A DNA stretch of 36,546 nucleotides. Source: Candidatus Jorgensenbacteria bacterium RIFCSPHIGHO2_02_FULL_45_20. Lineage in GTDB: Bacteria > Patescibacteriota > Minisyncoccia > UBA6257 > GWB1-50-10. Each line of letters starts with the position of its first letter. Position 1 is the stretch's first letter. Positions 28,370 to 36,384 of this stretch are shown here, one piece after another. The DNA lies in contig MFKJ01000003.1 in the NCBI GenBank assembly GCA_001779535.1, forward strand, positions 1-36,546, given 5' to 3'. A program made the translations under genes and the position numbers. Below the pieces are notes generated by a model. It was not told where the DNA came from. It ran no database searches and saw only the letters and a program-made list of their open reading frames with translations.

Positions 28370-31357
28370 ATGAAGTATAACTTTTCGGCGATTGAGAAAA
28401 AATGGGCCGCGAAATGGCTCAAAGAAAAAATATACGAACCGGATTTCGGCAAATCAGGAAATAAAAAACGCAAGTTTTATAATCTGATGATGTTTCCTTA
28501 TCCGTCGGCTGAAGGGCTGCATGTGGGGAACGCGTACGCGTTTATTGGAAGCGACATTTACGGGCGTTTCAAGCGTATGCAAGGATATGACGTTTTTGAG
28601 CCGATGGGGCTTGACGGGTTTGGCATACACTCGGAAAATTACGCGCTTAAAATAGGAACCCATCCGTTAAAGCAGTCGGAGGCGTCAGAGAAAAGATTTT
28701 ACGGACAGCTCAAAAACATAGGCAACGGCTTTGCGTGGGATGAGCGCCTCGAGACGTATAAGCCGGAATACTACAAATGGACGCAGTGGATTTTCACGGA
28801 AATGTGGCGGAACGGACTCGCGTACCGCAAAAAACAAGAAGTGAATTGGTGTCCGTCGTGCAAAACGGTGCTGTCGGATGAGCAGGCGGAGGGAGGGAAA
28901 TGCGAGAGGTGCGCGAGCGAAGTCGTAAAAAAAGAGTTGGAACAATGGTTTTTCCGCATCACAAAATACGCAGGCAAACTTTTGAAAAATTTAGACGAGA
29001 TTGACTGGTCGGAAAAAGTCAAAATAGCGCAAAGGAATTGGATAGGAAAATCAGAAGGGGCGCTTATAAAGTTCAAAGTTCCAATATCAAATATCAAAAA
29101 TAAGGAAGAGAGTGAAATTTATTTGGAGGTATTTACAACAAGGCCGGATACGCTTTTTGGCGCGACGTATATGGTGGTGGCGCCGGAACATGAGATAATC
29201 GGCCGGTTGCGAGATAAAATTCAGAACAATAAGGAAGTCGAAAATTATATTTTTAAGTCCAAGAAGAAAACAACCGAAGAAAGAATCGAAAACAAGGAAA
29301 AAACAGGCGTTGAATTGAAAAGTATAAAGGCGATAAATCCCGCGAACAATGAAGAAATTCCGATTTTTGTCGCGGATTATGTTCTTATGGGCTATGGAAC
29401 GGGGGCTATTATGGCAGTCCCCGCGCACGATGAGAGGGATTTTGAGTTTGCAAAGCAGTTCCAACTACCGGTGCGGCAGGTGGTTGCGGAGGAAACAGGC
29501 ATGAAACGCGAAAAAGAAGAACGGCGCGACGGAGTATTTGTAATTGTTTTCGACCCAAATCGGCAAAAGTATGCGGCGGGACGGCAGGAAAACGGGATAT
29601 TGCGATTATTTTCCGGAGGAGCGGATACCGGCGAAAATATGAAAAATAGCGCGCTTCGCGAACTTTCGGAAGAAAGCGGCTTGTATGATTTTCAAAAAAT
29701 GGACGAGATCGGAACAGTATTCGCGCATTACCATAACAGCTTACGAAACGTGAATAGGATTACGAAAGCGGTAAGTTTTCTTGTTGTTTTGAAAAGCGGT
29801 AAGACAAAGCCGGTCAAACTTGAGAAGCATGAAAAGTTCACGCTTGAATGGACAACAGCGGAAGATATGGAAAAAAACTGGGAAGAGCACAATAAAGAAG
29901 GGGATTTCGACCACTGGATAAAATTTTTACGGCAGTCGGTGGGACAATGTATTGAGTTCGGATTCGACAAGAAAAACGACCCAGAGCGGTACAAAACCTC
30001 CGCGTACGAGGGCGATGGCATACTTGTTAATTCGGAAAATTTCACCGGCATGGATTCCGAAAAGGCGCGATGGAAAATCACGGAATTTGTCGGCGGGAAA
30101 AAACAGACACAATATCGGCTTCGCGATTGGCTGATTTCCCGCCAAAGATACTGGGGACCTCCGATTCCCATGATTTTTTGCGAGAAGTGTTCGGTTTCCG
30201 GCAATGGGGAACAAAAAAATATGCCGGGGTGGTACACCGTACCAGAAAGCGAACTTCCGGTGAAGTTGCCAAATATTTTGAATTTCCGGCCGCGGGGTAC
30301 GGGAGAATCGCCTCTTGCGTCTGAAAAAAAGTTTTACGAAACAAAATGTCCGGCGTGCGGAAACGCGGCGCGGCGCGAAACGGACGTTTCGGATACATTT
30401 CTCGATTCCGCGTGGTACTACATCGGATACCTCATGAAAATTTCAAATTTCAAATTTCAAATTAAAGATTCGCGATTTTCTGAAATCGCGCGGCAGTGGC
30501 TTCCGGTTGATGCGTATATCGGCGGGGCGGAGCACTCGGTTTTACATCTTCTTTATGTGCGGTTTGTCGCTATGGCGCTAAAGGATTTTGGGCACATCAG
30601 CTTCGAAGAACCGTTTCCGAAATTCCGCGCGCACGGGCTTTTGGTAAAAGATGGGGCTAAAATGTCCAAGTCGAAGGGGAATGTTGTGAATCCGGACGAA
30701 TACATAAATAAATTCGGCGCGGACACTTTCAGAATGTATCTAATGTTTCTCGCGCCGTTTGAGTGCGGCGGGGACTTCAGAGATGGCGGGATTTTGGGTA
30801 TTTCGCGTTTTTTGGAGAGAGTTTGGAAGATAGGAACGCAAGGCGAGTTTTCGGATTCTCCGGCTTTAGGCGATACCGAACACCTGCTTCACAAAACAGT
30901 AAAGAAAGTCGGTGAAGATGTTGAATCGCTCCAGTACAATACCGCGATCAGCGCGCTTATGATTTTTCTCAATAAATTTGAAAAGACGAAGAACCGTTCG
31001 CTCGAGCATTTCAGGACTTTTCTTCTGCTTTTAGCTCCGTTCGCGCCGTTTGTAGCGGAAGAACTTTGGCAGATGACATTGGGTGAAAATAAATCCGCCG
31101 GTTTTCCGGGGTTCAATTCAATTCACAAAGCGGAGTGGCCGTCGTATGACGCCAAAAAACTTGAAGCGGATTATTTTGTGCTTGCGATTCAGGTGAATGG
31201 TAAAGTTAGGGATGAAATGGAGGTACCAAAAAACATGCCGCAGGGAGAAATAGAAAAACACGCGCTTCAGAGAGAGCGTATACTTAAGTTTATGGAAGAA
31301 AAAAAGCCAAAAAGAATCATATTTGTGCCGGGTAAGATTCTGAACATAGTTTTATAA
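28370..31357 (+). CDS. leuS: leucine--tRNA ligase with inserted Nudix hydrolase domain
   Basis: MFPYPS..GLHVGN, FTTRPDT, GTGAIMAVPAHD, SRQRYWG, KMSKS, IQVNGKVR; perfect Nudix box at 29615-29683. Confidence 0.97.
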   Translation: MKYNFSAIEKKWAAKWLKEKIYEPDFGKSGNKKRKFYNLMMFPYPSAEGLHVGNAYAFIGSDIYGRFKRMQGYDVFEPMGLDGFGIHSENYALKIGTHPLKQSEASEKRFYGQLKNIGNGFAWDERLETYKPEYYKWTQWIFTEMWRNGLAYRKKQEVNWCPSCKTVLSDEQAEGGKCERCASEVVKKELEQWFFRITKYAGKLLKNLDEIDWSEKVKIAQRNWIGKSEGALIKFKVPISNIKNKEESEIYLEVFTTRPDTLFGATYMVVAPEHEIIGRLRDKIQNNKEVENYIFKSKKKTTEERIENKEKTGVELKSIKAINPANNEEIPIFVADYVLMGYGTGAIMAVPAHDERDFEFAKQFQLPVRQVVAEETGMKREKEERRDGVFVIVFDPNRQKYAAGRQENGILRLFSGGADTGENMKNSALRELSEESGLYDFQKMDEIGTVFAHYHNSLRNVNRITKAVSFLVVLKSGKTKPVKLEKHEKFTLEWTTAEDMEKNWEEHNKEGDFDHWIKFLRQSVGQCIEFGFDKKNDPERYKTSAYEGDGILVNSENFTGMDSEKARWKITEFVGGKKQTQYRLRDWLISRQRYWGPPIPMIFCEKCSVSGNGEQKNMPGWYTVPESELPVKLPNILNFRPRGTGESPLASEKKFYETKCPACGNAARRETDVSDTFLDSAWYYIGYLMKISNFKFQIKDSRFSEIARQWLPVDAYIGGAEHSVLHLLYVRFVAMALKDFGHISFEEPFPKFRAHGLLVKDGAKMSKSKGNVVNPDEYINKFGADTFRMYLMFLAPFECGGDFRDGGILGISRFLERVWKIGTQGEFSDSPALGDTEHLLHKTVKKVGEDVESLQYNTAISALMIFLNKFEKTKNRSLEHFRTFLLLLAPFAPFVAEELWQMTLGENKSAGFPGFNSIHKAEWPSYDAKKLEADYFVLAIQVNGKVRDEMEVPKNMPQGEIEKHALQRERILKFMEEKKPKRIIFVPGKILNIVL

Positions 31358-31366
31358 CACTAAACC

Positions 31367-32308
31367 ATGAAAATTTTTGTCATAGTTCTGATTATCATTC
31401 TTATAGTGGCTGGTGTTGTATATTCCGTTGGTAGATCATTCAAAGGAAAGATAAATTTTAACAATCTTTTACTGCTCCGTCCGACAAGCTCCAGACCGGT
31501 TGCGCTTCAACCGGCCACAGGTTCGGAAACGAATGGTGAAAACGGTAGTAAATCAACATCTACATCGGCAAAGCCGGATAAAACCGCGCAAAAAGCAACC
31601 ACCGCGGAACCGGTGCCGCCATCAGGATTCAAGGTTGCGGACCTCTCGCTGTTTTATAAAAAGGTCAGCGTTTCGGGTTTCACGCGGCCGTCGTACACAA
31701 CTTCGAGAGTCGGAAAATTTACGTTACGCACTTCACTTAAAGACGGCGATGAACCGATAGACATTACCGGATGGAAGATAAAAGGAAACCGCGGAGGTGA
31801 AGTTTATGTTCCGCAGGCGATAGCGAACTATACGCCGTCCGCTTCATTCACGAACTCGGATATTATTCTTGGGCAAGGCGGTTCCGTGTCGGTTTACAGC
31901 AACAGAAGCGCGCTCGGCAAGAATTTGCGGCTCAATAAGTGTATAGGGTACCTAAACAACAGATATCTATTTTCTCCGAAACTGCCGTCTAATTGTCCGA
32001 GTATTGATGTTAAACAGTCGGTGACTTTTTCGGGAGAGTGTCAGAGTTTTTTGAAAGCTATAAATAGGTGCGAAGAGCCGTCTGCGGCCGACAAAAACAG
32101 GTTTACCGGTCCGGCGGACGCCGAGTGCAGGACTTTTCTTGACACATTAAACTATGGGGGGTGTTACGAAAAACACAAACTTGATGCCGATTTTCAGTCC
32201 AAGGAATGGAGGGTGTGGCTCGATGACGAAATGCCGTTTGATACCCAGCATGACCGCCTGATTCTTTTTGACAAATCAGGCAAGGTGGTTAATGAGTACG
32301 TGTATTAA
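31367..32308 (+). CDS. exported/membrane-anchored cysteine-containing hypothetical protein
   Basis: N-terminal signal/anchor, S/T/P-rich linker, PIDITGWKI (lamin-tail-like) segment and 6 Cys. Confidence 0.7.
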   Translation: MKIFVIVLIIILIVAGVVYSVGRSFKGKINFNNLLLLRPTSSRPVALQPATGSETNGENGSKSTSTSAKPDKTAQKATTAEPVPPSGFKVADLSLFYKKVSVSGFTRPSYTTSRVGKFTLRTSLKDGDEPIDITGWKIKGNRGGEVYVPQAIANYTPSASFTNSDIILGQGGSVSVYSNRSALGKNLRLNKCIGYLNNRYLFSPKLPSNCPSIDVKQSVTFSGECQSFLKAINRCEEPSAADKNRFTGPADAECRTFLDTLNYGGCYEKHKLDADFQSKEWRVWLDDEMPFDTQHDRLILFDKSGKVVNEYVY

Positions 32309-32412
32309 TCAAGCGCTCCATCCCTTTCGGCTGTGCGGTTACATTCATTACTTTATATCTCCATAGCTTTAGAGAAAGGAATAGTGGAGTTAACGTGGTG
32401 GACGCACACGCC

Positions 32413-32475
32413 GCATAAGTTCAGATACATATATTCTCATCTTTCGATGAGTGCCATATGTATCTGAACTTATGC
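32413..32475. repeat. perfect 20-bp inverted repeat with nested hairpin
   Basis: gcataagttcagatacatat (32413-32432) / atatgtatctgaacttatgc (32456-32475); inner ctcatc-tttc-gatgag. Confidence 0.9.
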
Positions 32476-32481
32476 AACTTT

Positions 32482-32964
32482 TCAGAAGTTTCTTGAAATA
32501 TATTTAGGGACAATACCCAAACTTAAATATCTCTGTTGAATATCTCGTGGTAAATATTTGAAATCTCTGATGCGATGACGGCAGTTTTTACTTCTACATT
32601 CGCAATCCATTTCCCAATCATTTTCATCCATTGTCGTAGAATAATCCCAAGTTATTTCATCGCCCTCATTTATTTTTTCTACCGCTATCAGAAAAACCTT
32701 TTTACTATTAATTTTCAATCCGGTATTAGGACTACACGAATGATTAAAATAATCATCTATACCGCCCGATGGCCCCATATACAAATTTTCTCCTAATTGA
32801 ACATAATGATCTTCGACTCCATTGTAGGGCGTTGGCAATTCTTTATAAGTAAAAAACTTTCCGTGAAATTCAAAAATTATTTCGCCCTTACCGAATTTCT
32901 TAATGGCAAAAACCCCTTTACCATTTTGAGTATTTTTAACGACAAGATTTTTTTCACTTTCCAT
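32482..32964 (-). CDS. SET domain protein-lysine methyltransferase
   Basis: GKGVFA, NHSCSPN, EITWDY and post-SET CECRSKNCR; own ATG at 32964, in frame with the upstream HTH. Confidence 0.9.
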   Translation of the reverse strand: MESEKNLVVKNTQNGKGVFAIKKFGKGEIIFEFHGKFFTYKELPTPYNGVEDHYVQLGENLYMGPSGGIDDYFNHSCSPNTGLKINSKKVFLIAVEKINEGDEITWDYSTTMDENDWEMDCECRSKNCRHRIRDFKYLPRDIQQRYLSLGIVPKYISRNF

Positions 32965-33175
32965 GATATATTTCATTAAATCATCAATTGAAACACCCAA
33001 CCCTTTGGCGATTTTTGCCATGGTTTCAATTGTAGGATTCAGCGTTGCGCCGGACTCAATCTTAATAATTACATTGTAAGCAATATCAGCAAGCTTCGAG
33101 AGTTTATCCTGCGAAATATCCAGTTTTTCTCTGTACTTTTTGATATTCTTCGCAATTGTTGGTAATTCTTTGCAT
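32965..33175 (-). pseudogene. XRE-family HTH regulator, in frame with SET; natural start appears frameshifted
   Basis: IAKNIKKYREKLDISQDKLSKLADI...IESG...NPTIETMAKIAKGLGVSIDDL; the ATG at 33175 is out of frame and there is no stop before SET. Confidence 0.6.
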
Positions 33176-33278
33176 AAATCCTTGGAAAATATTAAACTTA
33201 AATTAGTTTTTATACGGTTAAAGATTATCATACATTCGTATAAGATATAATATTTAAGTGTATTTATGAAAACACTTC

Positions 33279-33297
33279 GTATAAAAATGAGTTGTGC
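33279..33297 (+). mobile_element. attI-like recombination site
   Basis: GTATAAA-AATGA-GTTGTGC has the same geometry as the attI1 core (CCCTAAA-ACAAA-GTTRRRY) and heads the cassette array. Confidence 0.55.
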
Positions 33298-33353
33298 GAC
33301 ATTTGTTCGCGCGCCTAGATAACTTTTTATAACACTATAAATTACTTTATTGT

Positions 33354-33935
33354 ATGGAAGATAGAATTAATAAAATACTCTCTTTTTTGCAGGAGATTGA
33401 AAAATACAAAACCGTTGAAAGAGAAATGTTTTCTTCAAACTTAACTAGAACAGAAAGTGATGCCGAACATTCTTGGCACTTGGCAATGTTTTTGCTTCTC
33501 TTTGAAAAAGAGCTTCCGGAAAATCTAGATATGAAAAGAATGCTGAAACTCGCCTTAATGCACGATTTGGTAGAAATTTATGCAGGAGATACTTTTGCTT
33601 TTGATAAAGAAAATCAAGCCACAAAAAAAGAGCGCGAGTTTCAGTCAGCGAAGAAGCTCTTTTCCCAACTGCCAGAAGATTTACATAAAGAATTTGACGA
33701 TTTATTTAGTGAATATGAAGAAGTAAAAACCTCTGAAGCAAAGATTGTGAAATCTTTTGACAAAATACAACCAATTCTCCAAAATCTTTGCTCTGATGGA
33801 AAATCTTGGAAAAAACACGGCATCACTTTCTCGGATATTGATGAATATAAAAGAAAACACATGGAACACAACGGTTTTGTATTAAAAATATATGAAAAAT
33901 TACTGAATGATGCAAAAAAGAGGGGTTTGATTTAA
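33354..33935 (+). CDS. HD-domain phosphohydrolase (YfbR/HDDC2-like)
   Basis: ESDAEHSWHLA, LMHDLVEIYAGD, SFDKIQP. Confidence 0.9.
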   Translation: MEDRINKILSFLQEIEKYKTVEREMFSSNLTRTESDAEHSWHLAMFLLLFEKELPENLDMKRMLKLALMHDLVEIYAGDTFAFDKENQATKKEREFQSAKKLFSQLPEDLHKEFDDLFSEYEEVKTSEAKIVKSFDKIQPILQNLCSDGKSWKKHGITFSDIDEYKRKHMEHNGFVLKIYEKLLNDAKKRGLI

Positions 33936-33994
33936 CGGCGCGCTCACAAACGCAAGGGGACGCTGCGCTTTCGTCGCTATCGCTCCTCACCCTC

Positions 33995-34096
33995 GTATAA
34001 CAAGGGATAAAAGGAAAATTGCTCGGCTCGCCCCTCACCCAAATTTTTCTTCCACTCCGTTCCAGAAAAACTTCAGACGATGCCGATACGTTAGCT
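33995..34096 (+). repeat. attC-like site 1 (possibly hybrid)
   Basis: GTATAAC...GTTAGCT; stem tcggctcg/cgatgccga with one extra base; inner tttttct/agaaaaa. Confidence 0.55.
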
Positions 34097-34182
34097 GAAA
34101 TATTAAAAAATTCTTTTCGGCCCCTGCGGGGCATTTAATCGGGACAAAATTATTTTTTTATTTTTTTGAACTCAACAAACAC

Positions 34183-35325
34183 ATGAACGAAAAATACATT
34201 CCATCAAAAGAAGAAATAGAGCTAGCTGAAGAAATTGCTGTGGAGGATCATATGACTTCTGAACAAAAAAGTGATTCTGAATTTAGGGTTAAAAACTGGG
34301 AACAAGAGCAAGCGCCCTGGGTTCCATTTGACGATGACGATATTGATGAAAATTTTGAACGTAAGCCAGCTACTCCTGAACAAAAAGAAGATATGGATAG
34401 AAGATTAGCGGAGCTTGCTGACGCTTTCGAGGGTTCAGATATTAATTGGCACATGGACGGTGCTTTGAATGTTTCTTTAATGAATGGTGGATATATTGGA
34501 AATCATAAAGATGTAGATTTATCAATTGAAAAAAACGAACTTGCAAAACTTGAAGCTCAACTGCTCAAAAAAGGATTCGGATTATTTTTATCAAGAACTG
34601 AGGACAAAACAAAAAATAAAGTAATGCGAAGAGCCGGACATGCTGATTTTGCAGATTCAGACACCGAACATATGCTTATTGCCGCAATCGACGAAAATGG
34701 CCAAATCAGGAGAGATAAATCTTTAAATTTTGTTGACACGCATATTGTCGAAAGAAATGCAGACGGGCAAGCGCTTGGAAATTCGGGCGTAGTAATACCA
34801 GATAAATGGACAAAACCTTATCCCGTTGAATTTCAAGGAAAATCAATCAATTTATCACATCCAGGCAAGGTTTTGTATTACAAATTACACCAAGGGCGAG
34901 GTTATGACACTACTGACATCCAACGATTAGTTGAAACTGGAAAGGTTACAGAAGAAGATGTCGCGGATGTAGAAAAAGTATTTGAAAGCGAGTTTACTGC
35001 AAACATTGTACGTGGACGGAAAGTATTTGAGGCGGTTGCAAAACAATTAATGCCAGAAATGAATACCGACCAGATTATTGATGTTATTTTGCAACAGCGT
35101 GAATTAACAAAAGGAGGTGAAGAAGCACGAGAATTTTTTAGGCCGTTTGCACAAAAAATTTTTGAATCAGATGACAAGACAACGGATGCGATGTTAAAAA
35201 TTGGAATTGAATTATTTAAAGTTGAAGAAAAAGATAATCAAAAACGTGAGGAAATTAATCGAGTTAGACAAGCAGTCGTTGACGCGCAAAAATTAAAACA
35301 GATTCGGGAGGAATTAAAAAAATAA
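34183..35325 (+). CDS. nucleotidyltransferase-fold protein (ANT(2'')/Lnu-like N-terminal domain)
   Basis: WHMDGALNVSLMNGGYIGNHKDVDL resembles the W-x-x-GG...H-x-DxD signature; helical C-terminal extension. Confidence 0.6.
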   Translation: MNEKYIPSKEEIELAEEIAVEDHMTSEQKSDSEFRVKNWEQEQAPWVPFDDDDIDENFERKPATPEQKEDMDRRLAELADAFEGSDINWHMDGALNVSLMNGGYIGNHKDVDLSIEKNELAKLEAQLLKKGFGLFLSRTEDKTKNKVMRRAGHADFADSDTEHMLIAAIDENGQIRRDKSLNFVDTHIVERNADGQALGNSGVVIPDKWTKPYPVEFQGKSINLSHPGKVLYYKLHQGRGYDTTDIQRLVETGKVTEEDVADVEKVFESEFTANIVRGRKVFEAVAKQLMPEMNTDQIIDVILQQRELTKGGEEAREFFRPFAQKIFESDDKTTDAMLKIGIELFKVEEKDNQKREEINRVRQAVVDAQKLKQIREELKK

Positions 35326-35393
35326 AAAAATAATTTTGCCCCGATTAAATCTTTTGTCTAACGACAAAAGCGAAAAGAATTTTTTAATACATC

Positions 35394-35468
35394 AGCTAAC
35401 ACGCAATATCCGCAAGGGCTAAGGCCACATCCGCTAAGGCGGACGTCGGATATTGCGAAACGTTATGT
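35394..35468 (+). repeat. attC-like site 2
   Basis: AGCTAAC...GTTATGT with perfect 11-bp stem cgcaatatccg (35402-35412) / cggatattgcg (35447-35457). Confidence 0.75.
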
Positions 35469-35506
35469 GCAATAACTTTTAAGGGTCATACGCTTACTAA
35501 ACAATA

Positions 35507-35923
35507 ATGCGTGAAACTAATATAGTTGAAAAGTTTCTTGCGTCAGTTATCAATGTGGCTGTCGTCGGGATAGTTTTCTTTCCATTTATATTTTCAGATG
35601 TTAGCTCATTGATAAAAAAACTCATTCTCATTGTCATATTTCTGCTTTATAATCTACTTGTTCTTATATTCAACAAGAATAGGTGTATTGGAATGGTGTG
35701 TCTCAGGACAAGGTGGAAAGAAAACTATCCATTTGTTAACCAAGCGATCTATATATTGCTGTACACGCTTAGCTTTTCAACTCTTTTGTTTCATGTATAT
35801 TTCCTGTTCGATTTATTTTTGTTGAATATGATTTTTCTTCAGCTCCCCATGGTGGTATTGAAAAAGAATACCTTGCATGGTTATTTATCTGGCAAGATGA
35901 TTACTGTAAAAACGAGCCCTTAA
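35507..35923 (+). CDS. RDD-like membrane protein
   Basis: hydrophobic helices; KFLASVIN, RCIGM and NTLHGYLSG echo RDD-family motifs. Confidence 0.55.
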   Translation: MRETNIVEKFLASVINVAVVGIVFFPFIFSDVSSLIKKLILIVIFLLYNLLVLIFNKNRCIGMVCLRTRWKENYPFVNQAIYILLYTLSFSTLLFHVYFLFDLFLLNMIFLQLPMVVLKKNTLHGYLSGKMITVKTSP

Positions 35924-35970
35924 AAATTACATCCGACTTTTTAGTTTTGCTGTAATTTAGAGTATAATGA

Positions 35971-36050
35971 GATTAACAATTAAGTAAGAATATTAAGGTT
36001 TTGTGCCTAGAAACCAAAGTGCAGGACTTCAGATATTCTTAACGTTATGT
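35971..36050 (+). repeat. attC-like site 3
   Basis: GATTAAC...GTTATGT with 9-bp stem taagaatat (35985-35993) / atattctta (36033-36041). Confidence 0.6.
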
Positions 36051-36118
36051 GAAATAGCCAGAAATTTCTTTGTTATTTTAGAATTTTTTGGCAATTTATT
36101 TCGGTCGAACATAGCTTG

Positions 36119-36127
36119 TGATATAAT
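36119..36127 (+). promoter_or_regulatory. extended -10 promoter inside cassette 4
   Basis: TG-A-TATAAT, with AAGGA RBS before the ATG at 36160. Confidence 0.55.
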
Positions 36128-36159
36128 TTAAGCGTTTAATAATTATTAAGGAAAAAACT

Positions 36160-36384
36160 ATGTCAGAACAACAAAAAGGTTTTGAAGGAAAACCTGAAAG
36201 TCCTTCGCCAGAAGAAGAAAAAAAGGAATTGTCTTTATCCCCCAATGAAGTGCACACGATGTCATATCTAATAGATAGAGAATTACTAGACTTAAAAAAA
36301 GAAAAGAGACCAGACGATGATGATTATACAAATAAGTTGAAGCAATTATTTTTAAAATTGCAAGGAAGAGAGTTTGATAGCTAA
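36160..36384 (+). CDS. small charged hypothetical protein (74 aa)
   Basis: ORF with RBS, sitting exactly between the inverted arms of cassette 4. Confidence 0.7.
   Translation: MSEQQKGFEGKPESPSPEEEKKELSLSPNEVHTMSYLIDRELLDLKKEKRPDDDDYTNKLKQLFLKLQGREFDS

Noticed and set aside
3674-31760. Numerous antisense or overlapping ORFs in the track (e.g. 3674..4171, 9408..10205, 26114..26806)
   Set aside because: They are shadows of well-supported genes and have no motifs of their own.
2825-32316. 12-mer ttaatcaagcgc at 2825 and 32305, both near accessory boundaries
   Set aside because: Exact 12-mer matches are expected by chance in 36 kb, and the enclosed genes are core, not an island.
32309-32412. 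tRNA or integration site at the island edge
   Set aside because: No cloverleaf or T-loop motif; only a loose ctccatccctttc/gaaaggaatagtggag pairing.
33233-33301. dif/pdif or loxP site (acttcgtataa, cattcgtataa)
   Set aside because: Only one arm matches; no TTATGTTAAAT-like XerD arm or symmetric lox arm lies at the correct spacing. attI-like geometry fits better.
33823-34134. 103-aa minus-strand ORF across spacer 1
   Set aside because: It overlaps the HD gene and repeat DNA and has no protein-like features.
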